Source: Candidatus Poseidoniaceae archaeon (GTDB taxonomy: Archaea; Thermoplasmatota; Poseidoniia; Poseidoniales; Poseidoniaceae). From it: 64,000 nt of DNA. The translations under genes and the position numbers were made by a program. The DNA is taken from the NCBI GenBank assembly GCA_965662895.1, contig CBFIJH010000010.1, forward strand, positions 1 through 64,000, given 5' to 3'. A model generated the notes under the pieces. The model ran no database searches, was not told where the DNA came from, and was given only the letters and a program-made list of their open reading frames with translations. Positions 48,224 to 57,664 of this stretch are shown piece after piece (the first letter of the stretch is position 1; every line of letters starts with the position of its first letter).

Positions 48224-49372
48224 TCATGATGAGATGTCGTATTTCGTATCGAAATAGTTCGAAATTCCAGGTATTGAACCGATGAGTGAACCATATATTC
48301 CGAGGTGTGTTTCCGTATCTGCTTGAACCAAACCATTCGTATTGAGGATGTTCGAAAGGATGTAATCGCCACATTGTGAGCGAGATGTGTCTTCATCAAC
48401 GTTGTTCTCATTCACATCAAGGCATCCAGTAACAATGGAATCACCAACGACGCCATCTTCGATGTACGTCTCATTGTTGAGTGCAAGTAGGGCATCAAGT
48501 ACGAGACGTTGCTCATCTTCATCGAGGAAATCAGGATTAAACATAACTGGATGCGAAGGCGCTTGACCATAGGACGGTAAGAGGATGTACTCATCCAAAC
48601 CAAGACACCAATCCTCGTTCGCAGCAGGGTCGTCGAATCCACAATAGGTCGAAACCGATGAATCCTTGACAAACGCAACATCACCTGTCCCATCCGACAA
48701 ACAGTGAAGGGCACCACCATAGGACGAATATGGTGTGCCCGAATCCGGAATGCTTGCATCCTCACTGAAGTACGAAAAGATGGTTGATCTGAGCGATTCA
48801 ATGTCATCTTCAGGACCGACAACAGGTGCGTATCCTTCCGAGATAAGGAAACCCATTGGAAGCAACATTCCCGCCGACTTCAGCCATCCTGTATGGCAAG
48901 GCGTTGTTCCTTCCAGTGTTGCAAACGGGTCTGTTGAAGCGTTGTCATCGAGGTAAGCGTTTGCTGCATCTGAACCGTTGAGAACAACTGCATGCGCATT
49001 GTAATAGCTACGGCCATCGGATTTTGTATCGGCTGCGAGAACTTCCAATCCATATTGTTGCCAACCCATCCATGCAGCTCCTGCATCCATGAACGCTATA
49101 TCCGCATGGCCAAAGCGCAATGCTTCAATGATTGCTCCCTCTGAAGTGATCGGATAGAGTTCAACTTCAAGACCGGTCTGTTCGCTCACAAAATCTGCAA
49201 AAATTTGTGGGTTGGCATCGACATTTGTATAGTCGTCTTTTATTTCAAATGCGATTCGGAGGGTTTCAAGTTCGGAATCTTGACCGTCGTCCCCAATGCA
49301 GCCAGCAAGCGATCCTAAAACAATCAAGAAGGCGAGCAGTATCGATATTTTTGCCGTTTTCCACATCATCAC
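48224..49372 (-). CDS. ABC substrate-binding lipoprotein, PhnD fold, with full transferrin-lobe Fe(III)/carbonate motifs
   Basis: Lipobox LAGC; ADIAFMDAG, YYNAHAVV, CHTGWLKSAG..LPMG, YSSYGGALHCLSDGTGDVAFVK, QAPSHPV. Confidence 0.85.
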   Translation of the reverse strand: MMMWKTAKISILLAFLIVLGSLAGCIGDDGQDSELETLRIAFEIKDDYTNVDANPQIFADFVSEQTGLEVELYPITSEGAIIEALRFGHADIAFMDAGAAWMGWQQYGLEVLAADTKSDGRSYYNAHAVVLNGSDAANAYLDDNASTDPFATLEGTTPCHTGWLKSAGMLLPMGFLISEGYAPVVGPEDDIESLRSTIFSYFSEDASIPDSGTPYSSYGGALHCLSDGTGDVAFVKDSSVSTYCGFDDPAANEDWCLGLDEYILLPSYGQAPSHPVMFNPDFLDEDEQRLVLDALLALNNETYIEDGVVGDSIVTGCLDVNENNVDEDTSRSQCGDYILSNILNTNGLVQADTETHLGIYGSLIGSIPGISNYFDTKYDISS

Positions 49373-49379
49373 CTCACCG

Positions 49380-49430
49380 TTTTCGGTCGCCCTAAAAAAC
49401 TGAAGTATATAATTTTAGGGTTCCCTAAAA
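49380..49430. promoter_or_regulatory. TATA box flanked by two 18-bp palindromic operators (DtxR/MntR-like)
   Basis: 49413-49430 TTTTAGGGTTCCCTAAAA (perfect 8-bp arms); 49380-49397 TTTTCGGTCGCCCTAAAA; minus-strand TTATATA at 49412-49406 between them; SD GGTGAGG next to the start. Confidence 0.75.
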
Positions 49431-50342
49431 CTACGCATCAATCCACGCATTCACCAAGGATTCTGCGTATGGGTCCGTGGTGAGACCGTCGTGGAAAGAC
49501 GGGCGAACAACAACCAGCATCTCGACGGTGCCACCCCAATTCGGTTGCCCGACGACGACAACCTCAGCAACTCTGGTTCCATCTGGATCTGTTCCTGAAG
49601 TGGTGTAACAATCGTACACCCAAACGTTGAGTTCGACATCGCCTGAACTTGGCCGGAACGTATGTGGCTGAGCATCCTCTTTTTGATCAAGTCGGAAGGC
49701 TTCGCTATCGATACGAATCGGAACGCGCTCATCGACCAAATCGATGGCTAGACGCATTCTTGATTCTTGCATGCCAAGTAGAGAAGAAATCCAGATTGAT
49801 GATTCAACTTGGAGGAACGAGTTTTGTTGATGAGGCGTGCGTAAAGAAAGACTCTGAACAACCTCGAAATTTGTCGGATCTAATGGTTCCACGAAGATCC
49901 ATGTGTATTGTTCACTGCTTGGCCAAGCAGGTGCATAGGGGTTCTCTGTTGCGAACGGTTCGCCCCATTGTTCTGGAGCTCTAGGGGATTCAGCAGGTAT
50001 CAATCCAGAGGCGCCGAGCATCAACAAGACCAACATTCCAGTGATGATTCGCCGATTCCGGAATTCGCTCCAATCCATCCTTCCAGCAGGACTTGCGAAG
50101 GAGAGCGCAACAACGACTGGGAGAACGACAAGTGTTCCATATGGAACAACGAGCAAAAGAATGAGACTAAGAAATGCGTACCTGGTAGTTTTTTCTCCCA
50201 AGAACGATGACATCTCGAGAGATTCGTCTTTCACTCGAAGCCGGATGACGCCATATGCGAGGGGAATCGAAACGAGAATGAGGAGAAAGCCAACTGCATC
50301 AAGAGCCACTCCCATGCCGATTGAACGAAAATCAACCATCAT
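49431..50342 (-). CDS. hypothetical membrane protein
   Basis: 3-4 N-terminal TMs plus a soluble C-terminal domain. Confidence 0.65.
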   Translation of the reverse strand: MMVDFRSIGMGVALDAVGFLLILVSIPLAYGVIRLRVKDESLEMSSFLGEKTTRYAFLSLILLLVVPYGTLVVLPVVVALSFASPAGRMDWSEFRNRRIITGMLVLLMLGASGLIPAESPRAPEQWGEPFATENPYAPAWPSSEQYTWIFVEPLDPTNFEVVQSLSLRTPHQQNSFLQVESSIWISSLLGMQESRMRLAIDLVDERVPIRIDSEAFRLDQKEDAQPHTFRPSSGDVELNVWVYDCYTTSGTDPDGTRVAEVVVVGQPNWGGTVEMLVVVRPSFHDGLTTDPYAESLVNAWIDA

Positions 50343-50405
50343 ATGCGTTTGGGAGTACGCCGTGAAAAACAAAGCATTTGAGACATGTGGCTCCTAAGCC
50401 GTAGC

Positions 50406-51416
50406 ATGGGGGATGGTATTGCTTTGCAGTTTACCTCCATCGGGTACCGCCATGAAATTTCAGATCCAACATGGTACGATCCGTTCAAGAAACGCAAAGG
50501 GGCAGGCATCTCACATGTCGATTTGTCCATCCACAAGGGAAGTATTGTAGGACTGGTTGGCACAAACGGAGCGGGAAAAACCACGCTCTTGCGAATGATT
50601 TCAGGCATATTACCGCTTGAAGAGGGGAACGCTTCCAAAAACGACCTCCCTCTTGAAGTCGAAACATTACGTTCAATCGTTGGGTTCATGCCTGAACAAG
50701 TTCGCTGGTCAGGCCAACAGACCGTGCGTCAGACAATTATCGAATTCGCACATTTACGTGGCTGCTCAGTCCAATCAGCGACGGATGTCCTCAACGTTGT
50801 TGGATTAAAGAACCGAGCCGACGTTTCGCTTGATTCACTGAGCCAAGGAATGCGACAACGCCTCTCGCTTGGGGTCGCATTGCTCGGGTCGCCTGAACTC
50901 CTCGTACTTGACGAACCGTTTAACGGAATGGATCCAGTGGCGATTGATGCGTTCAAACGATTGTTACGAACCATGGCGAAAAAAGGGATATCCATCGCCA
51001 TTTCAAGCCACCACTTGACCGAATTGGATGGTCTCGTGGATACGATTGCTTTGCTTCATCGTGGCCAATTGTTGGCCCATGAAACGGTTGAATCGCTTCA
51101 ACAATCGCTTGGTTTTGATCGTGTGACTGAACTGGTTCTTGATAGAAAAATCCCATCCGAAATGGAGAATACACTGAATGTACTCGATTACAGCGAGACT
51201 ACAAAGCAGCATCGCTACATCATCAAGTCAGCACATCCAGAACTTCTCAACCAATTGGTGGAAGATGGTTTTCATATCTCCACATGGCGGGTTGTTCCTC
51301 CAACACTGATTGAATTGCTCTGTGCTGCAACCGGACTTGATCGAGAATCGATTGGCATGGATGTTGAACAAAGCAGTATGATTCCATTGAGGCCCGTCGG
51401 AGGTGAAGAAGAATGA
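50406..51416 (+). CDS. ABC-2 type exporter ATPase
   Basis: GTNGAGKTT, LSQGMRQR, LDEPFNGMDP, SSH. Confidence 0.92.
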   Translation: MGDGIALQFTSIGYRHEISDPTWYDPFKKRKGAGISHVDLSIHKGSIVGLVGTNGAGKTTLLRMISGILPLEEGNASKNDLPLEVETLRSIVGFMPEQVRWSGQQTVRQTIIEFAHLRGCSVQSATDVLNVVGLKNRADVSLDSLSQGMRQRLSLGVALLGSPELLVLDEPFNGMDPVAIDAFKRLLRTMAKKGISIAISSHHLTELDGLVDTIALLHRGQLLAHETVESLQQSLGFDRVTELVLDRKIPSEMENTLNVLDYSETTKQHRYIIKSAHPELLNQLVEDGFHISTWRVVPPTLIELLCAATGLDRESIGMDVEQSSMIPLRPVGGEEE

Positions 51417-52243
51417 CCCCCACGAAACGGATGTTTTCCCTCACCTATGCGCTGGCAAGGGAGCGTTTCTTCTCAACACGGATGCTCATCATGTTGCCGA
51501 TTCTTCTCCTCTTTATTCCTGGGATGGCTTGGGGATTTTCGGACCCAAACATCCAACTGCCTGCGGATCAAATCCCTGAAAATGCGACGGAAACGATGTT
51601 CCTTGCAAGCATAGGCATTGTGTTCGCAGGAACGATGGCTGCGGTTCTGATCGCACATGATGGCATAAGTCGAGATCGAGCAAGTGGTGTCCTCGAAATC
51701 CGCCTCTCGCAACCTATGCCTCGTTGGCGACAGGGATTCACTTTGATTGCAGGCCACTGGATGAGTATTGCAGCCCCCGTAACGGGACTTCTTGTCATCT
51801 CAATGCTTCTCGTTGGCTACCGTAGTGGAATGTACATCCCACTTCTTGATGCTGTCGTCTACATCGTCGCAGCAATGTTGATCTTGCTGTGGTACACGGT
51901 ATTTGCTCTACTTGCCTCAAGTATTGCAAGAGAGCAGGGTTCAGCAATCGCTTTCTCGATTGGGCTTTGGTTTCTTTTTACATTACTATGGGTTCTTTTC
52001 ACAACACTTCTCGCAGCCCTCAATGGCGTACCTGTAGGGGACAGTCAAGACCAGAGTTTCCTCGCATTTGAGGGTCGATTGGACCTTCTTTCTCCAAATG
52101 GTGTGTATCATCACCTGCTTGAGACCCGTTTGGATGGCGTGGAACGTGGCGTCTCCGCCTTCGGAGCCTACATTGCTGCTGTCCTTTGGACACTACTTCC
52201 ACTTTACTTCTTCCAGCGAAGGATGAATCGGCTCGTTCCATGA
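51413..52243 (+). CDS. ABC-2 type permease
   Basis: HDGISRDRASGVLEIRLSQPMPR; about 6 TMs; ATGA overlap with the ATPase. Confidence 0.85.
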   Translation: MTPTKRMFSLTYALARERFFSTRMLIMLPILLLFIPGMAWGFSDPNIQLPADQIPENATETMFLASIGIVFAGTMAAVLIAHDGISRDRASGVLEIRLSQPMPRWRQGFTLIAGHWMSIAAPVTGLLVISMLLVGYRSGMYIPLLDAVVYIVAAMLILLWYTVFALLASSIAREQGSAIAFSIGLWFLFTLLWVLFTTLLAALNGVPVGDSQDQSFLAFEGRLDLLSPNGVYHHLLETRLDGVERGVSAFGAYIAAVLWTLLPLYFFQRRMNRLVP

Positions 52244-52289
52244 CGATTCGTAACCAAGCATTGATGAACAAAGTCGTTGTCGTACAACC

Positions 52290-54206
52290 ATGATACCAGT
52301 TCTCATCATGATGCTCCTTGCTCTAATGAGCCCATCGATTGAAATGTCCACTTTGGAAGATGGCGACGCTGTACAAAACACATCCGGACGTCAAGGAAGT
52401 CTCGATGTTGATTGCAGTGGATACACATTTGAGGACCTGTTTGAATACAATTTTGCGCTCTTCACTCTTGACGTCAACGACGATTGGGCGACTGGCGTAA
52501 TGGATGCGAAAGCCTGGGTCAACGGGAGTAAATCTGCCATTGTACGAGATAACCTCGACAGCCTCTTCGAAGGCGTTCCCGGTGGCGATGATGACTGGAT
52601 TTCCACCGACGAGCGAGAGGCAGTACGCCAGATTGGCCCGAGATGTATTGCTGACATGGAAACACGGCTTGGAATCCGTGAGGGGCCATCTCATCGAGGC
52701 AATGTCGATTGGAATGACCTTGAGTTCGTTGAAGACGGTATTGCACTTGACGAAGTAAACCTCGTTCCTGCAGGACACGAGCAAGAACGAGATTGTACTG
52801 CCCTACTTTCCGATGATGGATGCAAAGAGGTTCCAGTATCCATAACAGATGATCTTGAGATTCATCTCCTCCTTGCAGACGATCAAAACAACAACGTGCG
52901 ATTTGACCAACTTCCGAATCAAGGGAGTTCGAATTTTACGCTTGCGATGAACATTACCAACATTACCGACGCACGATTGGTCATGACCTTCCCTGTTCAG
53001 CAAGGCCTTCGAGTTGCCGAAATGGGTTTCTTTGATGACGGAGTGCTCAACGAAAACCTTGCAGCTCCTGTTAGCGAATTCCTTCCTGATGGAAGACTAC
53101 GTATCGTAGCGGATGTTGATTACCCTCTTGGCTCCTATCCAATGATACGAAATCTCTTCGTTGACTTTACAACAATGGCGCCATTCACGAACGATAACCC
53201 AGTGTGGAGTGCTACGGCTCCTGCCGATGGGACAATCATCCCTGTCGGAACAACCAATGGCGAGATGCTTGCAACTGAAGCTGCAGGCATGTGGGTGATC
53301 GATGAAAGTGGTTGGAGTTTGCAATGCGACTTCGCAGATGCAGGTTGGGATGTTCGAATGGATGAAAATGCCGCACTGTTCGTAACGGCAAACGGTGATT
53401 CAGCCGTAGCCCAATGCGCAGGTGTTGATGCGTATGGTGCCGAAACAGAAGAACATCGGAACTACACGTTTGGCAAAGTGATGGACGCGAGTGCAGTCTT
53501 GTCAACCGATGGAGATGTCATTGAGTTTTCGCCAACCTCGACAGGTCTTGTTCCCAGCGTGACCGTAACGGCACATGCTCACCAGATGTCAAAGACAGGA
53601 CCTGATGCAACCGCTGTTGCAAATGCGAACGGTGTGGTCATGGAACTGTCCATGTCTGGTCTTTCACCCGGAGATGTCATGATCATGGGCACGGCTACCG
53701 CAAATGGTATGCTTGACTACAACTTCATGCTCGACTTAGGAATCGAAAAAATGAACAAACCTCCTGCCATTACCATCAACACAAACCTTCAGGGAGAAGA
53801 AGCTGAATGGGAACTCGATGGATTGAAGTTTACACTCAATGGAAATGTGATTGATCCAGACGGCCAGGACGTAACCATGACGCTCAGTATTTGCAACGGT
53901 CAAACTTCGAATTTCAATCGAGACAATCTTGCATGGGAAATTCAAGTTTCGATTGCAAATTGCATCCAGAATAATGTTGAATCACCATACACAGTTACCA
54001 TCATCGCAGAGGATGAGTCACTGGAAAAAACCACCCTCACCATCGAAGTTGCTGATCCAAACACAGGAGGCAGTGATGCGAGCGATGACTCAAGCAATTC
54101 CGATACTGATGCAGAGGGGGGTAACATCCTCCCTGCACCGGGATTAATTGCAACCCTCATGATTGGATTTTTAGCGGCAGGATGGGTTTCATCCCGCCGA
54201 ACTTGA
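52290..54206 (+). CDS. secreted acidic cell-surface protein with C-terminal sorting-type anchor
   Basis: Signal peptide, acidic beta-rich body, S/D linker, then LPAPG + TM + RR. Confidence 0.72.
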   Translation: MIPVLIMMLLALMSPSIEMSTLEDGDAVQNTSGRQGSLDVDCSGYTFEDLFEYNFALFTLDVNDDWATGVMDAKAWVNGSKSAIVRDNLDSLFEGVPGGDDDWISTDEREAVRQIGPRCIADMETRLGIREGPSHRGNVDWNDLEFVEDGIALDEVNLVPAGHEQERDCTALLSDDGCKEVPVSITDDLEIHLLLADDQNNNVRFDQLPNQGSSNFTLAMNITNITDARLVMTFPVQQGLRVAEMGFFDDGVLNENLAAPVSEFLPDGRLRIVADVDYPLGSYPMIRNLFVDFTTMAPFTNDNPVWSATAPADGTIIPVGTTNGEMLATEAAGMWVIDESGWSLQCDFADAGWDVRMDENAALFVTANGDSAVAQCAGVDAYGAETEEHRNYTFGKVMDASAVLSTDGDVIEFSPTSTGLVPSVTVTAHAHQMSKTGPDATAVANANGVVMELSMSGLSPGDVMIMGTATANGMLDYNFMLDLGIEKMNKPPAITINTNLQGEEAEWELDGLKFTLNGNVIDPDGQDVTMTLSICNGQTSNFNRDNLAWEIQVSIANCIQNNVESPYTVTIIAEDESLEKTTLTIEVADPNTGGSDASDDSSNSDTDAEGGNILPAPGLIATLMIGFLAAGWVSSRRT

Positions 54207-54243
54207 CCAACAGACTCAAACATGGTTGGCAGACAGAGCGGGA

Positions 54244-55212
54244 ATGAGGGCTATGTTTCGAGGCACTGTTGACCGCTCAAGCCATGAAGGTGGCCTCCTC
54301 GTGAAATTCAGTGGTTCATCACCCGCTCTCGGATCAATTATCGTTCGTGAAGAGGATGGCCATTACATTGGCAAAATTGATGCTGTTCTCGGTTCAACAG
54401 ACTCACCATTAGCGCATGTTGCTCACCTCGATCGTAAGCAGGACAATGCATCCTTCTTGGGTTCAACTGTCATCGTTCGAGCCAAGAAAGAACGTGAAGA
54501 ACGCCCTCCTCGTCATGAGCAACGAAACGATCGTCGACAAGAACGAAATGAGCGTTCCTTTGACCGTCGAGATGGCCGTTCAAGAAATGACGCTCAAAAA
54601 GACGATTGGGTATGTGCATCGTGTGAAAATGTCAACTTCTCATGGAGAAAGGAATGCAACAGTTGCGGTAAATCCAAAGATGGTAATGTGAAAGAATACA
54701 AGTCATCGTTCAGAAATGACAACCATTCCAACAATCGCCGTGAACGGCCTCGTCAGGAAAACCATGGCCGGAACGACTGGGAATGCCCTGCATGCAACAA
54801 TATCAATTTCTCATTCCGAACGGAATGCAACAAATGTGGAAAACCGAAACCAGGGGGTCGAGGCGGTGGACATTCACGTGGAGGACGTGATTCCAACCGT
54901 CGTGGTGGTTTCCGTGGAGGACGTGATTCTAACCGACGTGGTGGAAACCGAGACAGAGGGCGAAACTTTGGAGGAAATCGAGACGGTCGTGATTCCGACC
55001 GTCGTGGTGGAAACCGAGACAGAGGGCGAAACTCTGGAGAAAACAGAGGTGATCGAGATTCAGGACGAGGTCGGTCAAATCGTGATCGTGACAATCAACG
55101 TCCGAATGAGCGCTATCGAAAGGCTCGAGGAAAGCGACCTGGACATGCACACAATCGAGGTCCACAACCTATCCGGCCGCGGCGATATCAACGAAGAGAT
55201 CAAGACGATTGA
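54244..55212 (+). CDS. Gar1/Naf1-like domain + two RanBP2-type zinc fingers + RGG-rich tail
   Basis: [15 protein letters not shown]...PALGSIIV...[18 protein letters not shown] (Gar1-like); [21 protein letters not shown] and [21 protein letters not shown]; RGG/RD repeats. Confidence 0.78.
   Translation: MRAMFRGTVDRSSHEGGLLVKFSGSSPALGSIIVREEDGHYIGKIDAVLGSTDSPLAHVAHLDRKQDNASFLGSTVIVRAKKEREERPPRHEQRNDRRQERNERSFDRRDGRSRNDAQKDDWVCASCENVNFSWRKECNSCGKSKDGNVKEYKSSFRNDNHSNNRRERPRQENHGRNDWECPACNNINFSFRTECNKCGKPKPGGRGGGHSRGGRDSNRRGGFRGGRDSNRRGGNRDRGRNFGGNRDGRDSDRRGGNRDRGRNSGENRGDRDSGRGRSNRDRDNQRPNERYRKARGKRPGHAHNRGPQPIRPRRYQRRDQDD
54880..55053 (+). repeat. imperfect intragenic tandem repeats (36-bp and 66-bp periods) encoding [10 protein letters not shown] / NRDRGRN
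   Basis: ggaggacgtgattc(c/t)aaccg(t/a)cgtggtgg twice; cgtggtggaaaccgagacagagggcgaaact twice, 66 bp apart. Confidence 0.8.
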
Positions 55213-55223
55213 GGTGAAAAAAC

Positions 55224-56261
55224 GTGACAGCAGAATCACACTATCTCGATGCACTCGAAGCACTGGAAGCGGATGAACGAGATGAAGCATTGAAGCATGC
55301 TCGAAAAGCTGTCAAGCTCGATTCGGAGCATGCTGATGCTTGGAGAATCATCTCTGATGCAAGCCTTCCTGGTCAACGGAAACAGCCAACACTGAAGCAG
55401 GCGGCTTCTTCTCTTTCTGCCGCAAAAAAAGTTGTCGCCCTTCAACCTGATGATTTGGCTATGTGGGTTCGCGGTGGGCGTTTGCTCTCAGATGAACTTG
55501 GCCTGTATATGGACGCCCTTCAGTGGTGGCAGGATGCTCGACATCATGCACCTGACGAAGTAACACCCATCGTTGAGCAAGCAGCAATATTGGCAGATAT
55601 GGGACTTTACGGAGAAGCGAGTGAACGACTTCAATCCATCTTCGATGAGAATATGGATCTTGCTACAACACAATACGCACGGGTCGCTCGTTTGCATCAA
55701 ATGTGTCAATTGGCCAGTGAGCAACCCTCCTCTGAGCACTTCAAACCGTGGGAAAAGCATCACGATGGTTGGGAAGCAATCAAATTGCGAATGAACAAAC
55801 CTCCGATTAGTGAATCGAAGATTTTCCTTCTTGTTACAACACCTATTCTGATGCTTGAAGTCATCATGGCGCCTCAAGTCTTTGGTTCGAGTTTTGGAGG
55901 ATTCTGTTTAACATCCGCACTTATTTTGTTCACGGTTATCATCGGAATGCGAATCTCACGACGATGGTTCCAACGACTGAATCGTCCTGCATTCAATCTC
56001 CTACGGGCCATGGACTTCGAAACCGCAACCGGATACGTCGTCATTCCTGAAGAAATCCGTATCTCCAAACTGTCCATGTTTATCTTGAGCAGAAGACCAC
56101 CTGCGTTTCAAGAACGCATGCTGAAGATTGTAGAATCGAAAGAGACATTCAAGGGAGATTGGAAACCAAAACTCCCCGATTTTTCTTCCCATATTACGGA
56201 TATGGAACCTTTCTGGGAAGAAGACTCTGAGGATGAACTCAGTTCATTCGAAGAGGAATAA
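55224..56261 (+). CDS. TPR-repeat membrane protein
   Basis: TPR-like helices (ALKHARKAVKLDSEHADAW, AKKVVALQPDDLAMW) followed by 2 TMs; GAGGTGA SD. Confidence 0.7.
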   Translation: MTAESHYLDALEALEADERDEALKHARKAVKLDSEHADAWRIISDASLPGQRKQPTLKQAASSLSAAKKVVALQPDDLAMWVRGGRLLSDELGLYMDALQWWQDARHHAPDEVTPIVEQAAILADMGLYGEASERLQSIFDENMDLATTQYARVARLHQMCQLASEQPSSEHFKPWEKHHDGWEAIKLRMNKPPISESKIFLLVTTPILMLEVIMAPQVFGSSFGGFCLTSALILFTVIIGMRISRRWFQRLNRPAFNLLRAMDFETATGYVVIPEEIRISKLSMFILSRRPPAFQERMLKIVESKETFKGDWKPKLPDFSSHITDMEPFWEEDSEDELSSFEEE

Positions 56262-56287
56262 TCCTCTCATGCTTTGGTTGCTCGCAT

Positions 56288-57535
56288 TCAGAGCGCAGCT
56301 TGGAATGCATCGATGACTTCTTGTTTTAGTTTCTCCCAAGGAAAGGTCGCTCCCGAAGGTTGACGGCCGAAGTGACCACCTGCAGCAGTAACACCGTAGA
56401 TAGGTGCTGCGAGCCCGAGATCACGAATGATATGCCCCGGTTTGAACGAAAAGTGCGCATCAACAAGTTGAGCGATGGCATCGTCTGAGATTCTACCACT
56501 TCCAAAGGTGTCAACACGGATACTAACAGGGTCTGCAACACCAATCGCATAAGCCAGTTGAATCTCGCATTCTGTCGATAGCCCTGCGGCTACGACGTGT
56601 TTCGCTGCCCAGCGGGCAGCATAAGCAGCAGAACGATCGACCTTTGTCGGGTCCTTGCCAGAAAACGCTCCACCACCATGCCGTCCACGACCACCGTACG
56701 TATCGACAATGATTTTTCGTCCAGTTAGGCCTGCATCTGCATAAGGACCACCTGGATCTGCGAACCGACCGGTTGAATTTACGTGAATTGTCGTCTTCTC
56801 TTCAAGGATGAGAGTTGATGGGACAACAGGTTCGATGATGTGTTGAATGACTTGTTCACGTATCCAAGCCTGTTCTGCCTGCTCTGAGCCAAATTCTGCA
56901 ATCATATCTTGATGCTGAACTGCAATAACGATGTTATCGGCATAAAGCGGTTGACCGTCCGTGCCATGCATCAGTGTCACCTGAGATTTCGCATCAGGTC
57001 GAGCCCATGGAAGTGTTCCATCGAGACCCGCTTTGCTCACTTTACGAGTTAACGCTTGAGAGAGTGCAATAGCCAAAGGCATCCAACGTCCTTGATGTTC
57101 GGGATAAGATTCGGTCTCATCGCATGCATAACCGAACATGAGTCCTTGATCGCCAGCACCTTGCTCATCAATGGACTGAACAACACCACGGTTGATATGA
57201 GCAGATTGATTTGTGATTAATTCCGTCACCTCGCACAGTTCTTCTGATGTTGCATCCATACCAATACTGTGCGATGTGTATCCAATGTTGGCTGCAGTTT
57301 TTCGGGCGATGGCGACATAATCTGGAGCATCGATACCGGTTGCAAGTTTCACCTCACCAGCAAGCACAATGTGTGAACGATCTTCTCGACCTTTTACGAG
57401 AGTTTCAACAGCAACCTTCGCTTTTGGGTCAAGTGAGAGACAAGCATCAACAATGGCATCAGAAATAGCATCGCATAATTTGTCAGGGTGGCCTGCAGCC
57501 ACTGACTCAGAGGTAAACAACCAGTTTTGTGCCAT
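56288..57535 (-). CDS. metK: methionine adenosyltransferase, bacterial/eukaryotic type
   Basis: FTSESV..GHPDK, GAGDQG, DAKSQV, GLTGRKIIVDTYGG, GGGAFSGKDPTKVDRS. Confidence 0.95.
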   Translation of the reverse strand: MAQNWLFTSESVAAGHPDKLCDAISDAIVDACLSLDPKAKVAVETLVKGREDRSHIVLAGEVKLATGIDAPDYVAIARKTAANIGYTSHSIGMDATSEELCEVTELITNQSAHINRGVVQSIDEQGAGDQGLMFGYACDETESYPEHQGRWMPLAIALSQALTRKVSKAGLDGTLPWARPDAKSQVTLMHGTDGQPLYADNIVIAVQHQDMIAEFGSEQAEQAWIREQVIQHIIEPVVPSTLILEEKTTIHVNSTGRFADPGGPYADAGLTGRKIIVDTYGGRGRHGGGAFSGKDPTKVDRSAAYAARWAAKHVVAAGLSTECEIQLAYAIGVADPVSIRVDTFGSGRISDDAIAQLVDAHFSFKPGHIIRDLGLAAPIYGVTAAGGHFGRQPSGATFPWEKLKQEVIDAFQAAL

Positions 57536-57595
57536 AAATGGCCCCTATCCCATCCGCTATTCAAGACTTGCTGTAGGTGTACTCTTCGATACTGC

Positions 57596-57634
57596 TCCAC
57601 ATCCAGGATGAATCCAAACTTCATCGGATGCGGA
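57596..57634 (-). other. intergenic stem-loop between ahcY and metK
   Basis: Minus strand: TCCGCATCC-GATGAA-gtttgga-TTCATC-ct-GGATGTGGA (15 bp of pairing, one G-U, 2-nt bulge). Confidence 0.5.
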
Positions 57635-57664
57635 TTGATGGTAGGTTCGGACAACAACTGAACA

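Noticed and set aside
46657-49372. Annotation as phosphonate transporter phnDCE
   Set aside because: The binding protein has transferrin iron ligands, the promoter has metal-repressor-like boxes, and no C-P lyase or ptxD genes are nearby. Gene symbols are withheld.
54880-55053. CRISPR-like repeats
   Set aside because: In-frame coding repeats with no unique spacers and no cas genes.
57536-57664. SAM/SAH riboswitch upstream of metK
   Set aside because: I recognise no riboswitch consensus, and the hairpin lies upstream of the likely leaderless metK promoter.
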